Origin: Paraspadella gotoi
Taxonomy: Eukaryota; Animalia; Chaetognatha
Direction: 5' to 3'
NCBI GenBank assembly: GCA_051294375.1
Contig: CM119269.1
Span: 14,118,552-14,182,551 of the forward strand
DNA length: 64,000 nt
A program made the position numbers and the translations under genes. This document shows positions 1 to 40,519 of this stretch, piece by piece. The notes below the pieces were generated by a model, which was not told the DNA's origin, made no database searches, and saw only the letters and a list, made by a program, of their open reading frames with translations. How positions within the stretch are numbered: position 1 is the first letter of the stretch; every line of letters starts with the position of its first letter.

Positions 1-593
<593 letters not shown>

Positions 594-2878
594 CGGATCT
601 TGATCTCGATCCACGATCGATCGCGCGCTTTTCCTTTTTGAGCTTTTCTCTCTTTCCACCATTTTTCCTATCTCGACTTATTCATAGTCATATACGCAGA
701 AGAAGAAAATCAAAAAATACAAACGTGATTGAAGATTTTCGATTCTTTGTAAATGGAAACGAATTGCAGTTTTTTTCCATATTTTTTTTTGCTTAAACGG
801 ATGAATGGGATCATCCATTAATTACGTAAAAATATTTTTTTTCTCTTCGTTTATCTTTTGTCTGATCAGGGCATCCGAGAGTGGCGCATTTTTTGTTCCA
901 GTTGGATTTGGCAGTCTTTTCTTTTATATTAAGCACATCCATATTGCATACCATATTTCATCCCTCCACTGCCAATATACTGTCATTTTGCAAACATCGT
1001 GCATCATTATTTTTTTCTGCTCTCAATTCATGTTTGGCCTTTTTTTTTTTTTTGCCTTATCCAATCGAATTTTTTTTTGGAACAAGGTCATTTTGCTGAT
1101 GCACTGATCACGCTCCTTACAACAAAGTTTTTGGAAATGCCCTCTGGTAAATTTTAAATCTTTTTGAAACCTTTCATATCTTAAAATGTCCAGTTTTTCT
1201 GATTACGAACGGACTTATTTTTAATATGTACTCTCTCAAAGGTTTTCTATTGTAGTCGAACCATTTTAGATCCATTTCGTTCCTGTCCGCTTTTTATCCC
1301 ATTTGGTACGTGTCAACTTTAATCCGGCGATATGATCGCTCCTATATTTTTATCTAGTCAATTGTCTTTATTAAATATTTGACCGTTTAATTAATAAAAA
1401 AAATATTTGCAGTTTAACACGAAATTTATTTTTTGCTCATTTGGTGCACAGCTTTTTACAGGGATATTGGTAGATATTGCGAGCCCGTTTGTGTGACAAA
1501 ATTTCCTATTTGTAACAATTGATCGATTCCGATCAAATTTAATTGCGTTCAAATCGTTAATTTGTTCATCTTAGTTAGTTAAGACAAATCGTCTAAAGAC
1601 GTTATGACTTGACAATGATGCAAGAACTGAAATCTGTTTTGAGCTAAGATATATTTGTGGCGTATTTAGTTTCGAATTTAGTTGGCCGACTTGTCTTATT
1701 TGGAACTCGTAAGTTTTAATTATCAACAAACAAATAAATTGGCGACGAGGAGCAGAGTTAAAATATTTGTTTATATATGCGATTTTATTCGAATTCAACA
1801 AGGTTGATTCAGTACAATCATCATCAACAAACCGACTAAGTCTTAGCAAACGAAAACATAATAAAATAGAGAGAAAAACAAGTTAATTAAATAAAATTAA
1901 TACGTAAACAATTAAAAATTGTTCTCAAGTTTGAAAAAAACGGAACAAGTTTCTGAAGAACAGTATCTTTCATTGTATAAATCTTTGAGAAAGGGGTTTT
2001 CCTACGATTATTAAAAATTGTAGATAGGAGTTTGGATACCACGCTTTCTCATCGATTATACCCAAAAATCTTTCGAACACCATCATAAACAGCCACATTA
2101 AGTCAGTTCATGGAGAACCAAAACACAGTTACTCGGTATAAAATAATTTCATCACGATGCGTGAACGTTCCAGAGGCAACGACTTTTCCCTCCCGCCAAA
2201 ACATTGGTAAAGAAAAAATAAGACTGATATTAATTTCCCCTTCCCCCCGCCCCATTCTTCGCGACTGAATCTGTTGTTAAATTTCTCCTAACAATTTGGG
2301 GCGGCCTCGATCGAGATGTGACTCGCCGGTGACACTGCGGACGTCGAACTTTCATTCCATGCGGAAACGCGCGGGTCGGCCGCCACGAGCGTCAAAACAC
2401 TTTCCTTCCCCAACTTCTGCTTTCGCCTGTTACGATTGGACGGTTGAATTTTATTCCCGTCTTTTTTCCCCTATAAAGTTTATAGAAGCACGAAACTGGA
2501 TGAGAATTTGTTGACGCCGCGCAAACATTGCGATTGACTGACGACCGAAAGACCTTCAGATTTTTGAGGGAGCATGTTTTGAATGAGTCCAATTATTAAA
2601 ATTATCCATTATTCATGTTTACATTAATGGAGGTTTGAATGAGGCTTGCCTTATCGATTTTAGTGATTCAGTAATAATACAACTTAAATAATAATAAGAA
2701 TAAAACTTAAATGTACTTTATATACTTTCAGGATAGAAATTGCTATAAATTATTACGAAAACCCTTAAAAATAAAACCTTTAGAGCCACCCCTTACCCAT
2801 CCCCTACTTTTCCTTCACGGTTTGTGATTGTGTACTTTGCTACTGGCAGCTTCGCCTTTGCTTTTAGTGCCGGTGATT

Positions 2879-2924
<46 letters not shown>

Positions 2925-3769
2925 TTCTCTCTCTCGTTTTGCTTATGTTGTCGGCGTATACGAAATACTTAATAGTAAAATACTAAATATATAATATATT
3001 TACCTTTGTACCGCCGCTATAAGTAAATAATTCACTTTTTATTATTCACATAATTTCCCGAGACAATTTTCACTGTGTGTAATTGTCATTTTTGCCATGC
3101 ACAAGTTTCTCAATATCTTCGACCTGACCCTTTTTTTGTTCTGCGTTTGCCGCCATTTTTCGCCATTAAAACCAATTTAATTTGAATCTGAAATTCCGAG
3201 TTCTAAAATCGTATTCCAAGCTACCTCTCTTACCGACTCCCACTCTTTCCTCAGAGAGTCACAACCTGCTTCGTCAGATCGAGTAGTCAGATCGTAATCA
3301 CAGAATTTCTCGTCGGGGTTGACCGGAGACTGAAGCACTCGGCCGATCGCTTCGCATTTTCGGGCGCCGTCTTTCCTTCAAAGAAGCCGGAATCATCGCC
3401 CTACCTTTTTTAGCGGCTCAATTTGTCTAAAAGACAAGCGTGGTCAACAAGCTAAAATTGATTTTTAATCATCAAACGTTATTCGGAATTTGGAATTTCA
3501 AGAAATTTTTTTTTTCTCTCTCTCCTCTCTCCCTCTTCCCTTCTCCCTTCTCTCTCCTCTCCTCTCTCCTCTCCTTCTCCTGTCTCTCTCTCTTCTCTCC
3601 TCTCTCTCTCTCTCTCTCCTCTCTCTTGATACCGGCGACCTTCGTTCACCGTCAAATTTACGTTATAGGAACAAAGACGGAATGTTTGGACAGGCTTTAA
3701 ATAAACGGTAAAGAGACAGTCTCTCAGTCTTCTCTCTCTCTCTCTCTCCTCTCCTCCTCTCTCTCCTCT

Positions 3770-3811
<42 letters not shown>

Positions 3812-4664
3812 GCCGCTGCATAAATGCATTAAAGCGAAGAATGTAGGACGATGCAAAAATGGCAACAAGATCCCCGCTGGTTTCTCTTGGCCTCTCAAAA
3901 TTCTCAATTGGCCTCCCGAACTCCACTTCTAGTCTACTTTGGCCTCTTCAACTCGGAAGTGGATTAAATTCCGGTTACGATGGCGAAAACGAAGAAAACG
4001 AATTACGTTCCACGCCAAGCACCTTTTTACTTACTTCAATTTTCCTAGTTTTCGTTAAAAAGACAAAAAATGATAATTTTTCGGATAATAACTATGGTAG
4101 TAGACTGGAACTGCCGCTTCTTAATAACTTAAATATAAACTGGGTTTTTGTAACTCCGTACGTGGACTTCTCTGGGTTTTTTTATTTTGTTTTTTTTTGT
4201 TTTTTTGTTCCTTTTTTTCATGGTCAAACTGGGGATCATAATTCTATTTTCATAATTCAGTTGAATATTTTCTTTTACTACTAATAAAAAAAAGAATTTC
4301 TCGATCTCGATTCAGCTGCTGCAAACTTATCGATGCAGCTTGTCGAATTTAATTTTTTTTTTTCGTTTTGCTCAACTTTTTATTGTCTTTTTTTATTTTA
4401 CCAATGAATACCTTTTTTTACTTTTTACTTCCAATTTTAATTCTGAAAATATAAAGATTACAATTTTCAATTTCAGAGACATTATTTTCACCTTCCTCGT
4501 TCAAATATGTTTCACAAGCAAACTTCAAAATTTTAAGCTTGTTAACTGAAAATGATATCGGAACAATTAAAAATAAAAACAAAACGGCAAAAACACATGT
4601 ATTCTAAATATTCTTATAAAGTAATCATGATGATAATGCCCCAAAAAATGCAAAGAGAATAATT

Positions 4665-4716
<52 letters not shown>

Positions 4717-4764
4717 GAGAGAGAGAGACACAAAAAACGAAACGGGTCAACAAACTGAATAACG

Positions 4765-28743
<23,979 letters not shown>

Positions 28744-28990
28744 TGGGGTGACTGAAGGATAAGTGATGGGTGACTGGAGGTTACGTGATGGGGTGACTGG
28801 AGTTGAGGCGATGTGGTGACTGGAGTTAAGATAGTGAGGTGACCAGAGACTATGTGATTGAGCGATCTGAGTTGGATTTATTGGATAACTGGAGATGAGG
28901 TGATCGTTGATCTGAGTAGAAGTGATGGGGTGACCGGAATCGAGGTTATGTGGTGGCTGAAGTTGAGGTGATGGAGTGACCGGAGTAAAT
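28744..28990 (+). repeat. Degenerate ~22-bp tandem repeat (GTGATGGGGTGACTGGAG core) starting at the integrin stop codon
   Basis: About 10 recurrences of tgat(g/t)gg-tgac(t/c)gga visible directly. Confidence 0.75.
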
Positions 28991-30340
28991 CACATGAGGC
29001 TATCAGATGGGGCGCCCGCAGTCGCTGTGGTGGACTGATGGGAGACGATTTGATTAAAAAAGAAAATCTCAAGATAAAAAAGTTTTCTTGAAGCAGAAAG
29101 ACTGAAAGTTATGAACATTGACTTGGTTTCAACTTCAGTATCAGTATCGGCGCTTTATCGTAGCTTAACAGTTGACTTGCCTTTTCGACATTTCCGCGCT
29201 TACGTAGAACTTGACCGCTTGAATAAGAAATGTATAATATTCTTTATTATATTTTATTCGTTTATGAATGAATTTTCTACATCCGAATCCATATCGATTG
29301 CTTTTGATTTTAATGTAATGTAATAATGTTATATTTGAATCATCATTTTCATTATAAGATAATTGTTGTGGTTGTCGCATTTTGTTTGATCATTTATTTC
29401 GGAACTCATGATTTATTCCAAAGAATAAAATTAACCTGATACCTCGATATTCGGCGTATTGTACTACTGCTACTTACACGATACATATATTCATCGTTAG
29501 TAAAAGTATCTATTAAAAGCTAGAAATCATAATATCGATGAGCTAGTTATCTGTTTTTATTCTGAATAAGTTTATTCGGGACTAGCTGAAAAAAAGGTAC
29601 ACTTGCATTAAAAATATGAAAACATTGTGATATAATTCTATCAATAAAACCAAATACGTCAGATCAACAAAAGGGTAACGGCGGCAACGTGTAATACGAA
29701 ATGTGTGGGAGGGGGCGCGATCATCTGAATCCATTCGCATCTGAAAGTTTCCTAGGTGATAATGAAATGATAATGTAATGCAATACAATCTAATATAATC
29801 TAATATATAATGTAATACAATTATATAAAAATGATATAAAAATTATTCTGATTGGGTTCGATTGAGGTGACGGAGTCTGATTTTATTTTAAGGGCGAAAA
29901 TGTTTTCGGGGGGGGGTAGGGTGGGGGGGTCATCTAAGAGGGCCATAATGATGATCCTAAATTAGCTCAACTAATATTTAATATCCCTCATGATCATGTT
30001 TGGTGGTGTATTTCAAATGAGATTGAGTTCTTCAATATCATTTACATGTTGTAGTAGATCATTTCTCATATCTTTTCTTTGCCTATGCCCAATGCTTTCA
30101 CTAAAATATCGTGATAACCTCTTGCGTTAAAAATTATACGCATGTAGTTATTTCGGAAATTATTAATAGTATTAATAGTATTTTCGTCTTCTAAAATATT
30201 TTCTTTTCTTTTATAAAAGAAAGCCTGGCATTCCCCATCGTTAAAAAAAATTTAAATGAGAGACGTTAAACTTTTTTAAGGATCATCAATGTAATCCCTC
30301 TTACGATCGAAAATTAGGGGAACTGAAGAAACCGAGCGGC

Positions 30341-31534
30341 TCAGGGTTTGAGTTTGACGAGGGGAATGGGCTTAGACTTGAGACATCGATCGCAGACCCA
30401 CTCGGCGTAGACCTCGGAAGTGAGAAGAGCGTACGCTTGTTCGTTGAGTCCCGTGCAACTGCGATGGAACCAAAAGTTGCATCCACTCTCGCAGAGGATG
30501 GCTTCGTCCGTGTCGTGCACCTGAAGAGATAGAAAGGAAAAATTGATTGATTGATTGATTGAATTTTCAAAGCAACTGATTGCTAGATCGAATGATTAAG
30601 CGACGGTAACACATTGATTGACTTATTGATCGCTCAGTTTATTAAAAGCTTTCTGCTTTAAGATTGTTTATGTTTATCAATTATTAAAAAAATCTTGCTT
30701 TAACTTCGAATTGGTTCATTAATTTTTAATTGATCGATTGATTGATTGTGGCACCTCCTTGTGACAAATTCCACACGGATAAATCGGCGGCGCGTGAGGA
30801 TTTTGCGGATTGAAAACCATTGGTTGATTCGGCGGGTAGATCTTACCACCGCCTCCTCCTCCTCCTCCTCCCATCATCCCACCACCGGAACCGTGCATCA
30901 TGCCACCGGGCATACCTCCGCCCATATGTATGCCTCCGCCTGGTACGCCGGCGTGACCGGGCATGTGACCATGGCCCGGTATTCCTCCGTGACCCGGGAT
31001 GCTTCCATGCCCCGGCATTCCTCCGTGACTGGACATGTTTCCGTGACCGGGCATACCGCCATGATTGGGCATGACGCCGTGATTAGGCATGCCTCCATGT
31101 CCGGGCATACCGGCTCCGTGAACCCCTCCCATCACTCCGCCACCAGCGCCCCCTCCAGGCATGCCCATACCGCCGGCGCCGGGCATCATTCCGCCATGCA
31201 TCCCGCCTGGACCAGAAATCATGCCTCCCGGGCCGGTCATGCCCCCCGATGGCACGCCGCCACCGCCCATCATGGATCCCGATCCTGGGGCGGGCACAGC
31301 GCCTCCATGCCCAGGCATGCCCCCTCCCGGACCAGGAACGCCACCTCCAGGACCAGGCATGCTTCCTTGGGGTCCTCCGGCACCCATCATGCCTTGTTGC
31401 GGCATTCCCGGCGGAGCGTTTTGATGCATCATGCCGCCAACCATGTCCATTTGATGTTGCATCTGGTGCTGCATAGCTTGCTGCTGCATGGGTGGAGGGG
31501 GTCCCTGTTGATGCTGCTGCTGTTTGTAGCTCAT
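30341..31534 (-). CDS. pygo: Pygopus (PHD-finger Wnt co-activator)
   Basis: Exons 31534-30755 and 30520-30341. G/P/M/H-rich linker, then KIYPPNQPMVFNPQNPHAPPIYPCGICHKEVHDTDEAILCESGCNFWFHRSCTGLNEQAYALLTSEVYAEWVCDRC. A probable non-coding first exon ends at the donor near 31761. Confidence 0.95.
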
Positions 31535-32727
<1,193 letters not shown>

Positions 32728-34542
32728 ATGGAATCGGAAACCAAAATCATCTACCACATCGACGACGAGGACACGCCCTACCTGGTGACGGTCCCGGTCC
32801 CCTCGGACCGCGTCACCCTGGCCGACTTCAAGTCCGTCCTCAACAAACCGGGATACAAGTATTTCTTCAAATCGATGGACGACGACTTCGGAGTCGTCAA
32901 GGAGGAGATCAGCGATGAAGCGGCCAAGCTGCCTTACTTTCACGGCAGAGTCGTCGGTGGGTCGGGGTGGGGGATGGGCTGAATGAGTCGGAGAGGTGGT
33001 TGGGGTTGGCTGAATGAGTAGGAGAAGTGTGGGGGTTGGGCTGAATGAGTCGGAGAGGTGGTGGGGGATGGGCTGAATGAGTCGGAGAAGTGGTGGGGGA
33101 TGGGCTGAATGAGTCGGAGAGGTGGTGGGGATGGGCTGAATGAGTCGGAGAGGTGGTGGGGGTGGGGTTGGGCTGAATGAGTCGGAGAGGTGGTGGGGGT
33201 GGGGGTTGGGCTGAATGAGTCGGAGAGGTGGTGGGGGATGGGCTGAATGAGTCGGAGAGCTGGTGGGGAGTTTGACAGATAGTAAAATAAATTCTGCGAT
33301 TAAATGTTTACCTAATTAATCAATCGATCACGAATTTAGTTAATTATAATTTTGTAATTAATCGATTAGGAAATTAATCGCTAATCAGTCAATCTCAAAA
33401 ATTTAATTTATTATAAATCATGAATTTCATCAAACTTTCTGAAAATTAATCGTTTATAAAATTAATCAATCATAAATTAATCAAGCAATCACTAAGGGAA
33501 CCAACAATGAATATATACTTAAATTCAATTTAATCAATGTCGTAAGTCAAATTTGTCAGCAAAGCAACTTCAGATAGCTAAAATTCGATGAAACAATTTA
33601 GAAATAATATAAATTAATCAATCAATCATTAAACCCCTGTTTCCATCTAATCAATCTATCAAATCAAATAAATCCTCACTAGGTTGGCTCGTCACCGCCG
33701 ACGCCTCCGACGCCGGTTCTCTCGATCACTCTCGATCCTGCAAAGGAAGCGTGGATTCCCTGCCGCAACATCTGCAGCAACAGCAGCAGCAGCTGCCTCA
33801 GCGAACGGGCGGGATCGGAGACAGTCGCCCGCCGTCATTCCACGCCAACCTCGGCAGCGGCGGCGTCGGCGGCGGCGGGCGTCGCTTCGATCCCACGGAC
33901 ACAGAGACGGAGACAGAGTCGATGGTCTCTTCCCGCCGCCCCGGCGCCCCACACCTCCATCACGGCGGCGGCGGCGGCGGTCTCTTCGGGCGCGGCGGCG
34001 GACGCGGCGGTTCCCTGCCGCGCCACGACTTTGTCTCCCGCTCCAAAGGTCACGGACAGTTGGCGGCGCTTGGACGACACGGGCGCCACCTCTATCAGGA
34101 CACCACCACCGCTACCACCACCACCACCGGGTCCAGCATGATGTCTTCGGATCTGGAGTCGACGAGCTACTGGGACTCGGACGACGACCTCACCTGCAGC
34201 CGATTCTCCGAGACCACCGGCACCACCGCCGCTCGGTCGAGGGGATCGAGATTCAAGAAGCGGCGGCGGCGGCACCGCCTCCCTCCGCAGATGAACCGCG
34301 CCTCCAGCTTCTCCTCCATCACCGACTCGACCCTCAGCCTCAACATCATCACCGTCACCCTCAACATGGACGTCGTCAACTTCCTCGGCATCTCCATCGT
34401 CGGACAAAGCAACAAGGTAAATAATTACATATTTTGTTGTAAGCACATTAAGTAATTACTAATTACCTTCCCAATAACCTTTTTACCTCTTTCTCTAAAC
34501 CTTTCAAAGATGCTTCTGAGGTTGTACTTCCCCTTCTGTCAG

Positions 34543-34621
<79 letters not shown>

Positions 34622-37079
34622 CATTCAGAAAATAATATGCGGCTGATAACTTTAACTTTAACTTGAACTTTAACTTTAACACATTTGCACCTTATTAATA
34701 AAATCTATCTCCGTCAGGGCCGCGGCGATGGAGGCATCTACGTGGGTTCCATCATGAAGGGCGGCGCCGTGGCTCAGGACGGGCGGATCGAACCCGGAGA
34801 CATGATCCTTCAAGTCAACCAAGTGTCGCTAGAGAACATGAGCAACGACGAGGCAGTCAGGTTGTTGTTGTTGTTATTGTTGTTGTTGTTGGTTTTTGTT
34901 ATTTGTGGTTGGATTAGTTGTGGTTACGTTTGTTGTTTTTTTTCTATGTTGTTCAAGTTAAAAATGTTGTTGTTGATATTTTAGTTGCTATTGATGTCTT
35001 AGTTGCTGTTTTTGTTCGTTGCCTTCTCAGTACTAGTCTTTTTACAAAACGACTTCATCAATTTGTAAAATACTTCCCCAACTCTCCAGAGTCCTCCGCG
35101 AGGCGGTCCAAAAACCCGGACCCATCAAGTTGATCGTGGCCAAATGCTGGGACCCTTCTCCGACCAACTACTTCGCTGTCCCGCGTCAAGAGCCCATTCG
35201 CCCTATCGACCCCTCGGCCTGGGTGGCCCACACCGAAGCCGTCCGTCAGCAGGAGCAGTACGAGGATTACGGATCGCTCGGTCCGCTTCCGCCGGGCATG
35301 GCCCCTCCAGAGAGCCTGTCGGGCTCTTCATTCGTCGGTGGCCCGCCTTTCGGGCCGAGACCCCCCGGCGGCGGCGTTGGTGGCGCCGGTATCCCGGGCG
35401 TCACTGCCGGCGGCGCGGTGCCGACCATCCCTCGCATGGGTCATCCGATCGTCGGGGCGCCGGGATCCTATCCGCCTCGGCCGGGACCGATGTCTCCGTC
35501 GCTGACAGATCTGACCTCCACCAGCAGCTCCATCAATTCGATGCTGGAGACGGAGCGTCTCTACGAGGACCTCAATCTGACGACCAACTCGGACGTGACG
35601 ACGGTTGCCAAGGCGATGGCCGCTCCGGACTCTGGACTCGAGATCAGGGATCGGATGTGGCTTAAGATCACGATACCCAACGCTTTTATAGGTGAGTTAC
35701 TATGGGACAAAATCTATTTATAATTATATTGCTATCTTTTTAATTATTTTTTTAAAAATTTTTTTGCATATTTTTTGGGGGGGTTTCTATATCTTTTTGT
35801 ATTTTTATATGTAATTGTTGGAGGTGATTTTATGGGGATCGTATTTGTATCCTACATCTATCCAACTAGCAATCCACACATCTATCTATCCATGTCTCTA
35901 TCTCTCCCACAACCAGGCTCCGACGTGGTCGACTGGCTCTACAACCACGTGGAGGGATTTCAAGATCGTCGCGAGGCTCGCAAGTACGCGGTCCAGATGC
36001 TCAAGCAAGGCTTCATCCGTCACACGGTCAACAAGTCTTCCTTCTCTGAGCAATGCTATTATGTCATGGCGCCGCGAATCGCCGATCTCGGCGTCGATCT
36101 CGAGGCGCTGAGGATCGACGACTTCGATTCGGTCAGCGAGATCGGCGGCGTCGGCGGCGGCGTCGACGCGCCATTCCGCGGCGTCGGCGTTGCCGGTCTG
36201 CTCGGCGGCAAAGACGTCTCTGCCGCCCGGCGCGGTTACTACCAAGGTCCGCCTTATATGACTGGCGGCGTGGAGGGCGGCGCTTACGTCCCGCCCCCTA
36301 TGGGCTACACTCCTCAACCCTACGTGGCCGCCTACAATCAGCCGCTGGATCGACGCGCGCCGTTGGAGCCGGGCGAGAGGAGTGGGAGTCAAGACTCTTT
36401 GGAGAGCGGGAGCACGGCGTCGGGTGGATCGAAGAAGGGAGAGGGAAGGAAGAGCGGCGGAGGCGTCGGCGAAGGCTGGTTTAAGCGGCAGGACCAGCCG
36501 CAGCATTCCACGCAGCCCGTACAGCATCTTCAGCAGCATCCAGGCAGCGGTCACGACTCTGATTCCACGTCTCAGGCCGGCTCCGTCATTTCCGCCAGCG
36601 ATCAATCCTCTCTGCTTCAAAAACCGTCGTCGGGGCGGTCGGGTGCCAAGACGCAGGGAGGTGGCGCTGCTTCCAACTTCGTCGGCGCCCTCTTCGGTCA
36701 TCATCATCATCAACCCTACGACGGACCGGCGTCTTTCGTCAACGGCGCCGACGCTGCCCTCGCTGCGTCGCCGCGTCCCCCGATCGTCGGGGGCGACGCG
36801 ATTGATCCATCGACGCCAGCTTCGACTTCCGGCGCCGCCATCACCACGATCCAAGCCAGACTCTTGCAGCATCATCTCCATCCGGTAGTGGCACCCTCTG
36901 CACCGCCGGTGCCGCCCCCAAAGCCCCTAATCTCCACCGCTTCCGCGCCACCTTCCTACAACGACGCCGTCGCCAGCTCGGCGTCGTCGCCCATCGACGC
37001 CTCGGCGTCATTTCGCCATCTGACGACGACGGTCGCCGGCGCACCGCAGAATTTTCTTCAGCCCAGCATCAAGTTGTGA
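32728..37079 (+). CDS. dsh: Dishevelled (DIX-PDZ-DEP)
   Basis: Exons 32728-32956, 33683-34416, 34718-34860, 35090-35691 and 35917-37079 are all in phase. [17 protein letters not shown] (DIX), [36 protein letters not shown] and [17 protein letters not shown] (PDZ), [24 protein letters not shown] (DEP). Confidence 0.97.
32965..33270 (+). repeat. G-rich minisatellite, about 9 copies of a 30-37 bp unit (GGGCTGAATGAGTCGGAGAGGTGGTGGGG) in dishevelled intron 1
   Basis: The core GGCTGAATGAGT(C/A)GGAGA recurs every 30-37 bp, starting just after the splice donor. Confidence 0.9.
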
Positions 37080-38607
37080 TGTGGTTAGGGCGTGTTCGGA
37101 TTTGTTCGTTCGTTCGTTCGTTCGTTCGTTCGTTCGTTCGTTCGTTCGTTCGTTCGACCAGAGATTTTATCATAAGTTCTGACATTTTTTTTATAATTGG
37201 TTCATATTATGCGCGAAATTTTTAAGCTGCCTTACAAAGAAGTTTACAATTTACAATTTATATACGAAGAACAACATTTAAAAGTATTTGTAAGTTTTTT
37301 ATAACTTTTACCCGTTTTGTCTTATTTTTAATGACCATACATGAAGAGCCTTGAGAGTAAACGTCCATATTTTTTTGCCTTTCTTTGCGCAGGAGGCCAC
37401 TTTGAAGATCCCTTCTACAGATCTGCATAATTAATGATGAATATCATTACTTAAAAGCCGTTTTTAAAAAAAAAAACATAATATAACAATTCCTGACATG
37501 TGAAAACATAATCGTATTATCGATTTAAAACACGTTGTGGCCACTCATTGTATATTTTTGTTGTTTTTTTATTTGGAACTGTAGATGTTTACTCATAATA
37601 GTGTCATAGAATTTTATTACGGGACAAAAATTATTTGACTTAGAAAAAAGTAGTCTTCCCAATTTTGACTATCGTCTAGTCCGCAAAGAGACACATCATC
37701 AACTCATAAAATTATGTCAAAACTAAAATTAATAAACGATTGATCATTTGTTTCGTTCTTTTTTTTTTTTCGCCGAGTTGGTTTTCTGCAATAGCTTATA
37801 ACTTATTTAATTCTAAGATATTTTTTATTACCTACAAATCACGTAATTTAATGAATTCAAAATTGTTAATAAACTTCAGATTCTCTAAGCCGACTCAACA
37901 ACGCTTTCCTTTATTAGTTAAGGTTACATAGTAATTTGGCTTTTAGTTGTACTTCATCTACGTAATATTATCCGTAGTCTGTTGTCCCATTTTTGTACTT
38001 TGTCCGGAGAATGAAAATTGTTACGATTTCCAGTGATATTGATTAATGTCAATAATAAATATTTTTTTCATTTACTTTCTTTTCGCGAAACTCGCTGCTT
38101 CGAATAAAAAACAAAGAAACTAAATAAGATTTTTCCTTTTTTTTTTGTGGTTAAATTGAAATGACAGAGTTAAGGAAGAGCTTAACTTATAGTTATTGAC
38201 TTATTGTGATATTATACATTGTACTAAAAGGTTGGCGTTCAATTTCTATGCCTCGCCCACGTTTCTTGAAAATCTGTGACTATGACGTTCAACGACCGGA
38301 AATCGTCCTTTCACACAAAAAAGAAGATTAAATATTTTTTTAACAAAATTTAAAAACTAATCTAATCTAATTAATTTAATCTTTAACTCCAAAAATTAAT
38401 TAAATTTTAAATTTAAGAAACTTTAAGGCCCAAAAATATTCCTTATCCTTGTCGTCAATAGTTTTCATGCCATCTGTCATGGCGGGAAACAAATATAAGA
38501 TCATGAAAGATAATCTCTTTACCTCAAATCCCCCCCCCCAAAAAAAANNNNNNNNNNNNNNNNNNNNNNNNNAAATGTCATGGGAGGGCAGCAATTCGAA
38601 AGTGACC

Positions 38608-39505
38608 TTTTTTTTTGATGACATTTTTGAATGAAAAGTTGCGTGTTGCGTGTAATTTCGAGAAGAGCGGAGCCGGGAGGAAAGGTACTAGTGGAGTTTA
38701 CCTTTGCGTAATGTAAAATTGTAGAAATAATTTTTGGTATTACTACTTTTTGGTAGTTTTTGTTCTCAAACTGTTTCACCGAAATCGATTGAGATTCTAT
38801 CAGTCGTATCGTAGACTGCGGATTAAGGAATATCGAGAATAAGTGATAAATTCAAAGTTTGCTAGAAATTGTCAGCGACTTTCTTGGAAACCAACGTGTA
38901 GAAAAAGAACCTTCCGTGAAACGTTGGCTATTTAAAAAGCTCTTCGATCATCCGAGATCACGAATTACCACTGATGCAAACATTAACTAGAACTAAGCTC
39001 GTCGATGGCATTAAGTACCCATAGTCGAAAGAAAACGGTCGCGAACGACAAAAAGCAAAAACGGTTAATGCATCTGGATCGGATGTTTTCTTTTCTTTCC
39101 TTCTTTCCCCTGGGATTTTTAAGCCCGTCTCTTCTTTCTTTAAACTACTTTTTTTCTTTTCCTTTTTTTTCTTACTTTTCTATTTTCCGATTTCAGACTC
39201 AAGAAAGAAAAACACAACTTTTTTTTTTCCATTGGCCTCCGACGAACTTCATCTTTCTTTTAGTCTTTTCGTTCGACGACGAGAAAAAAAAGTCACGCAA
39301 TCGCGAAACCTTTTTGTTTTTTTGTTTTTTTTTTATCATTTCTTTTCGACCGCGAATATCGATCGTTTGTCGTCGTCGTGCGATGAAACCCATTAACTCA
39401 GGGATTAAAACAACAACAACAACAATAACGTTGCATTGAAAACGGCGAAAGAAGCACTTTTTGCTTGTGGCGTTCGCAATCTTGGAAAGCACTATCAACT
39501 CTATA

Positions 39506-39543
<38 letters not shown>

Positions 39544-40459
39544 CTCTCTCTCTCTCTCTCCCGCCATGGGCGCCGCCGCCTCTTCCGCCTCCACCTCGAC
39601 CCCCGGCGACGCTTTTCAGAACTTCAAACGTGCGGCGAGATTCGCCTCTTTTCTTCGTCCTCAAAGGACAGGGGTCGGGTGGGCGACGAGGACGACGAGA
39701 GCGGGGCGCGAACCCGAGATGTTCGCGTCGCGGGCCGACGACGACGACGCCGATCTGTCGAAATGGAGTAAGAGAGGAAAGGAGAGGGAGCGAACGAGGT
39801 CGTTGTTGTCGTCGTTACGTTGTTGTTGTTATTGGAGTCGTTTTTGTTGGTTTTGTTTATGTTTTACTGTTTTATATTTATTATTTTACTTGTTGTTTTT
39901 GTCGGTTAATTACTTGTTATTTTTGATGATGATTTTCACGAGGTTCATTATGATGGCGATGACGATTACGACTACAACTACAACGACGAAAGCTCTTACG
40001 TCTTGTATCCAGTTGGGATTCTATGTAGTACATCTGTAGCGGCATTGTCCGCTGCACTCTTGAATATATTTATAATTATATATGGGTCGTCGTCATCATC
40101 ATCACGAACCTTGTGAAAATAAAAAACAAACAAGTAATTAAACAACAAAAACAACAAGTAAAATAATAACATATAAAACAGTAAAACATAATATTTATTT
40201 TTCAGTTTTTTAACCAAGAATCTTGTAAAATGTCTTACGACAATGGTGCTGTAATGCTTTTATCAGTTAACGATTGATGGACAAGTCCATGCAGTTGATA
40301 ATGATGTTCCAAACCCAAACCCAAGTTCTTCGTCCAAAGACGCGACGTCAACGTCGACGGAAGGAGAGGCTCGACCGCGGATCTGCAGCGGTTCGTCGAG
40401 AGGCGGAGATCTACAGTCGTGGGTGCCGATGTTGGGATGGTGGCCGACGAGGTGAGAGA

Positions 40460-40519
<60 letters not shown>

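Noticed and set aside
2290-2560. GC-rich patch between RCAN and the integrin
   Set aside because: No convincing ORF, splice pattern or structure; possibly regulatory but unsupported.
3440-3926. ORFs with poly-ER/LS (also at 8254-8878, 15709-16403, 31809-32015, 60602-60922)
   Set aside because: Translations of (GA)n and other microsatellites.
32965-33270. CRISPR-like appearance of regularly spaced repeats (also 52195-52722)
   Set aside because: Spacers are not unique, the context is a eukaryotic intron, and there are no cas genes.
33692-36881. Long antisense and alternative-frame ORFs over dishevelled and pygopus (e.g. 35898-36881 -, 30746-31591 +)
   Set aside because: Shadow ORFs expected from GC-rich codon usage; no independent motifs.
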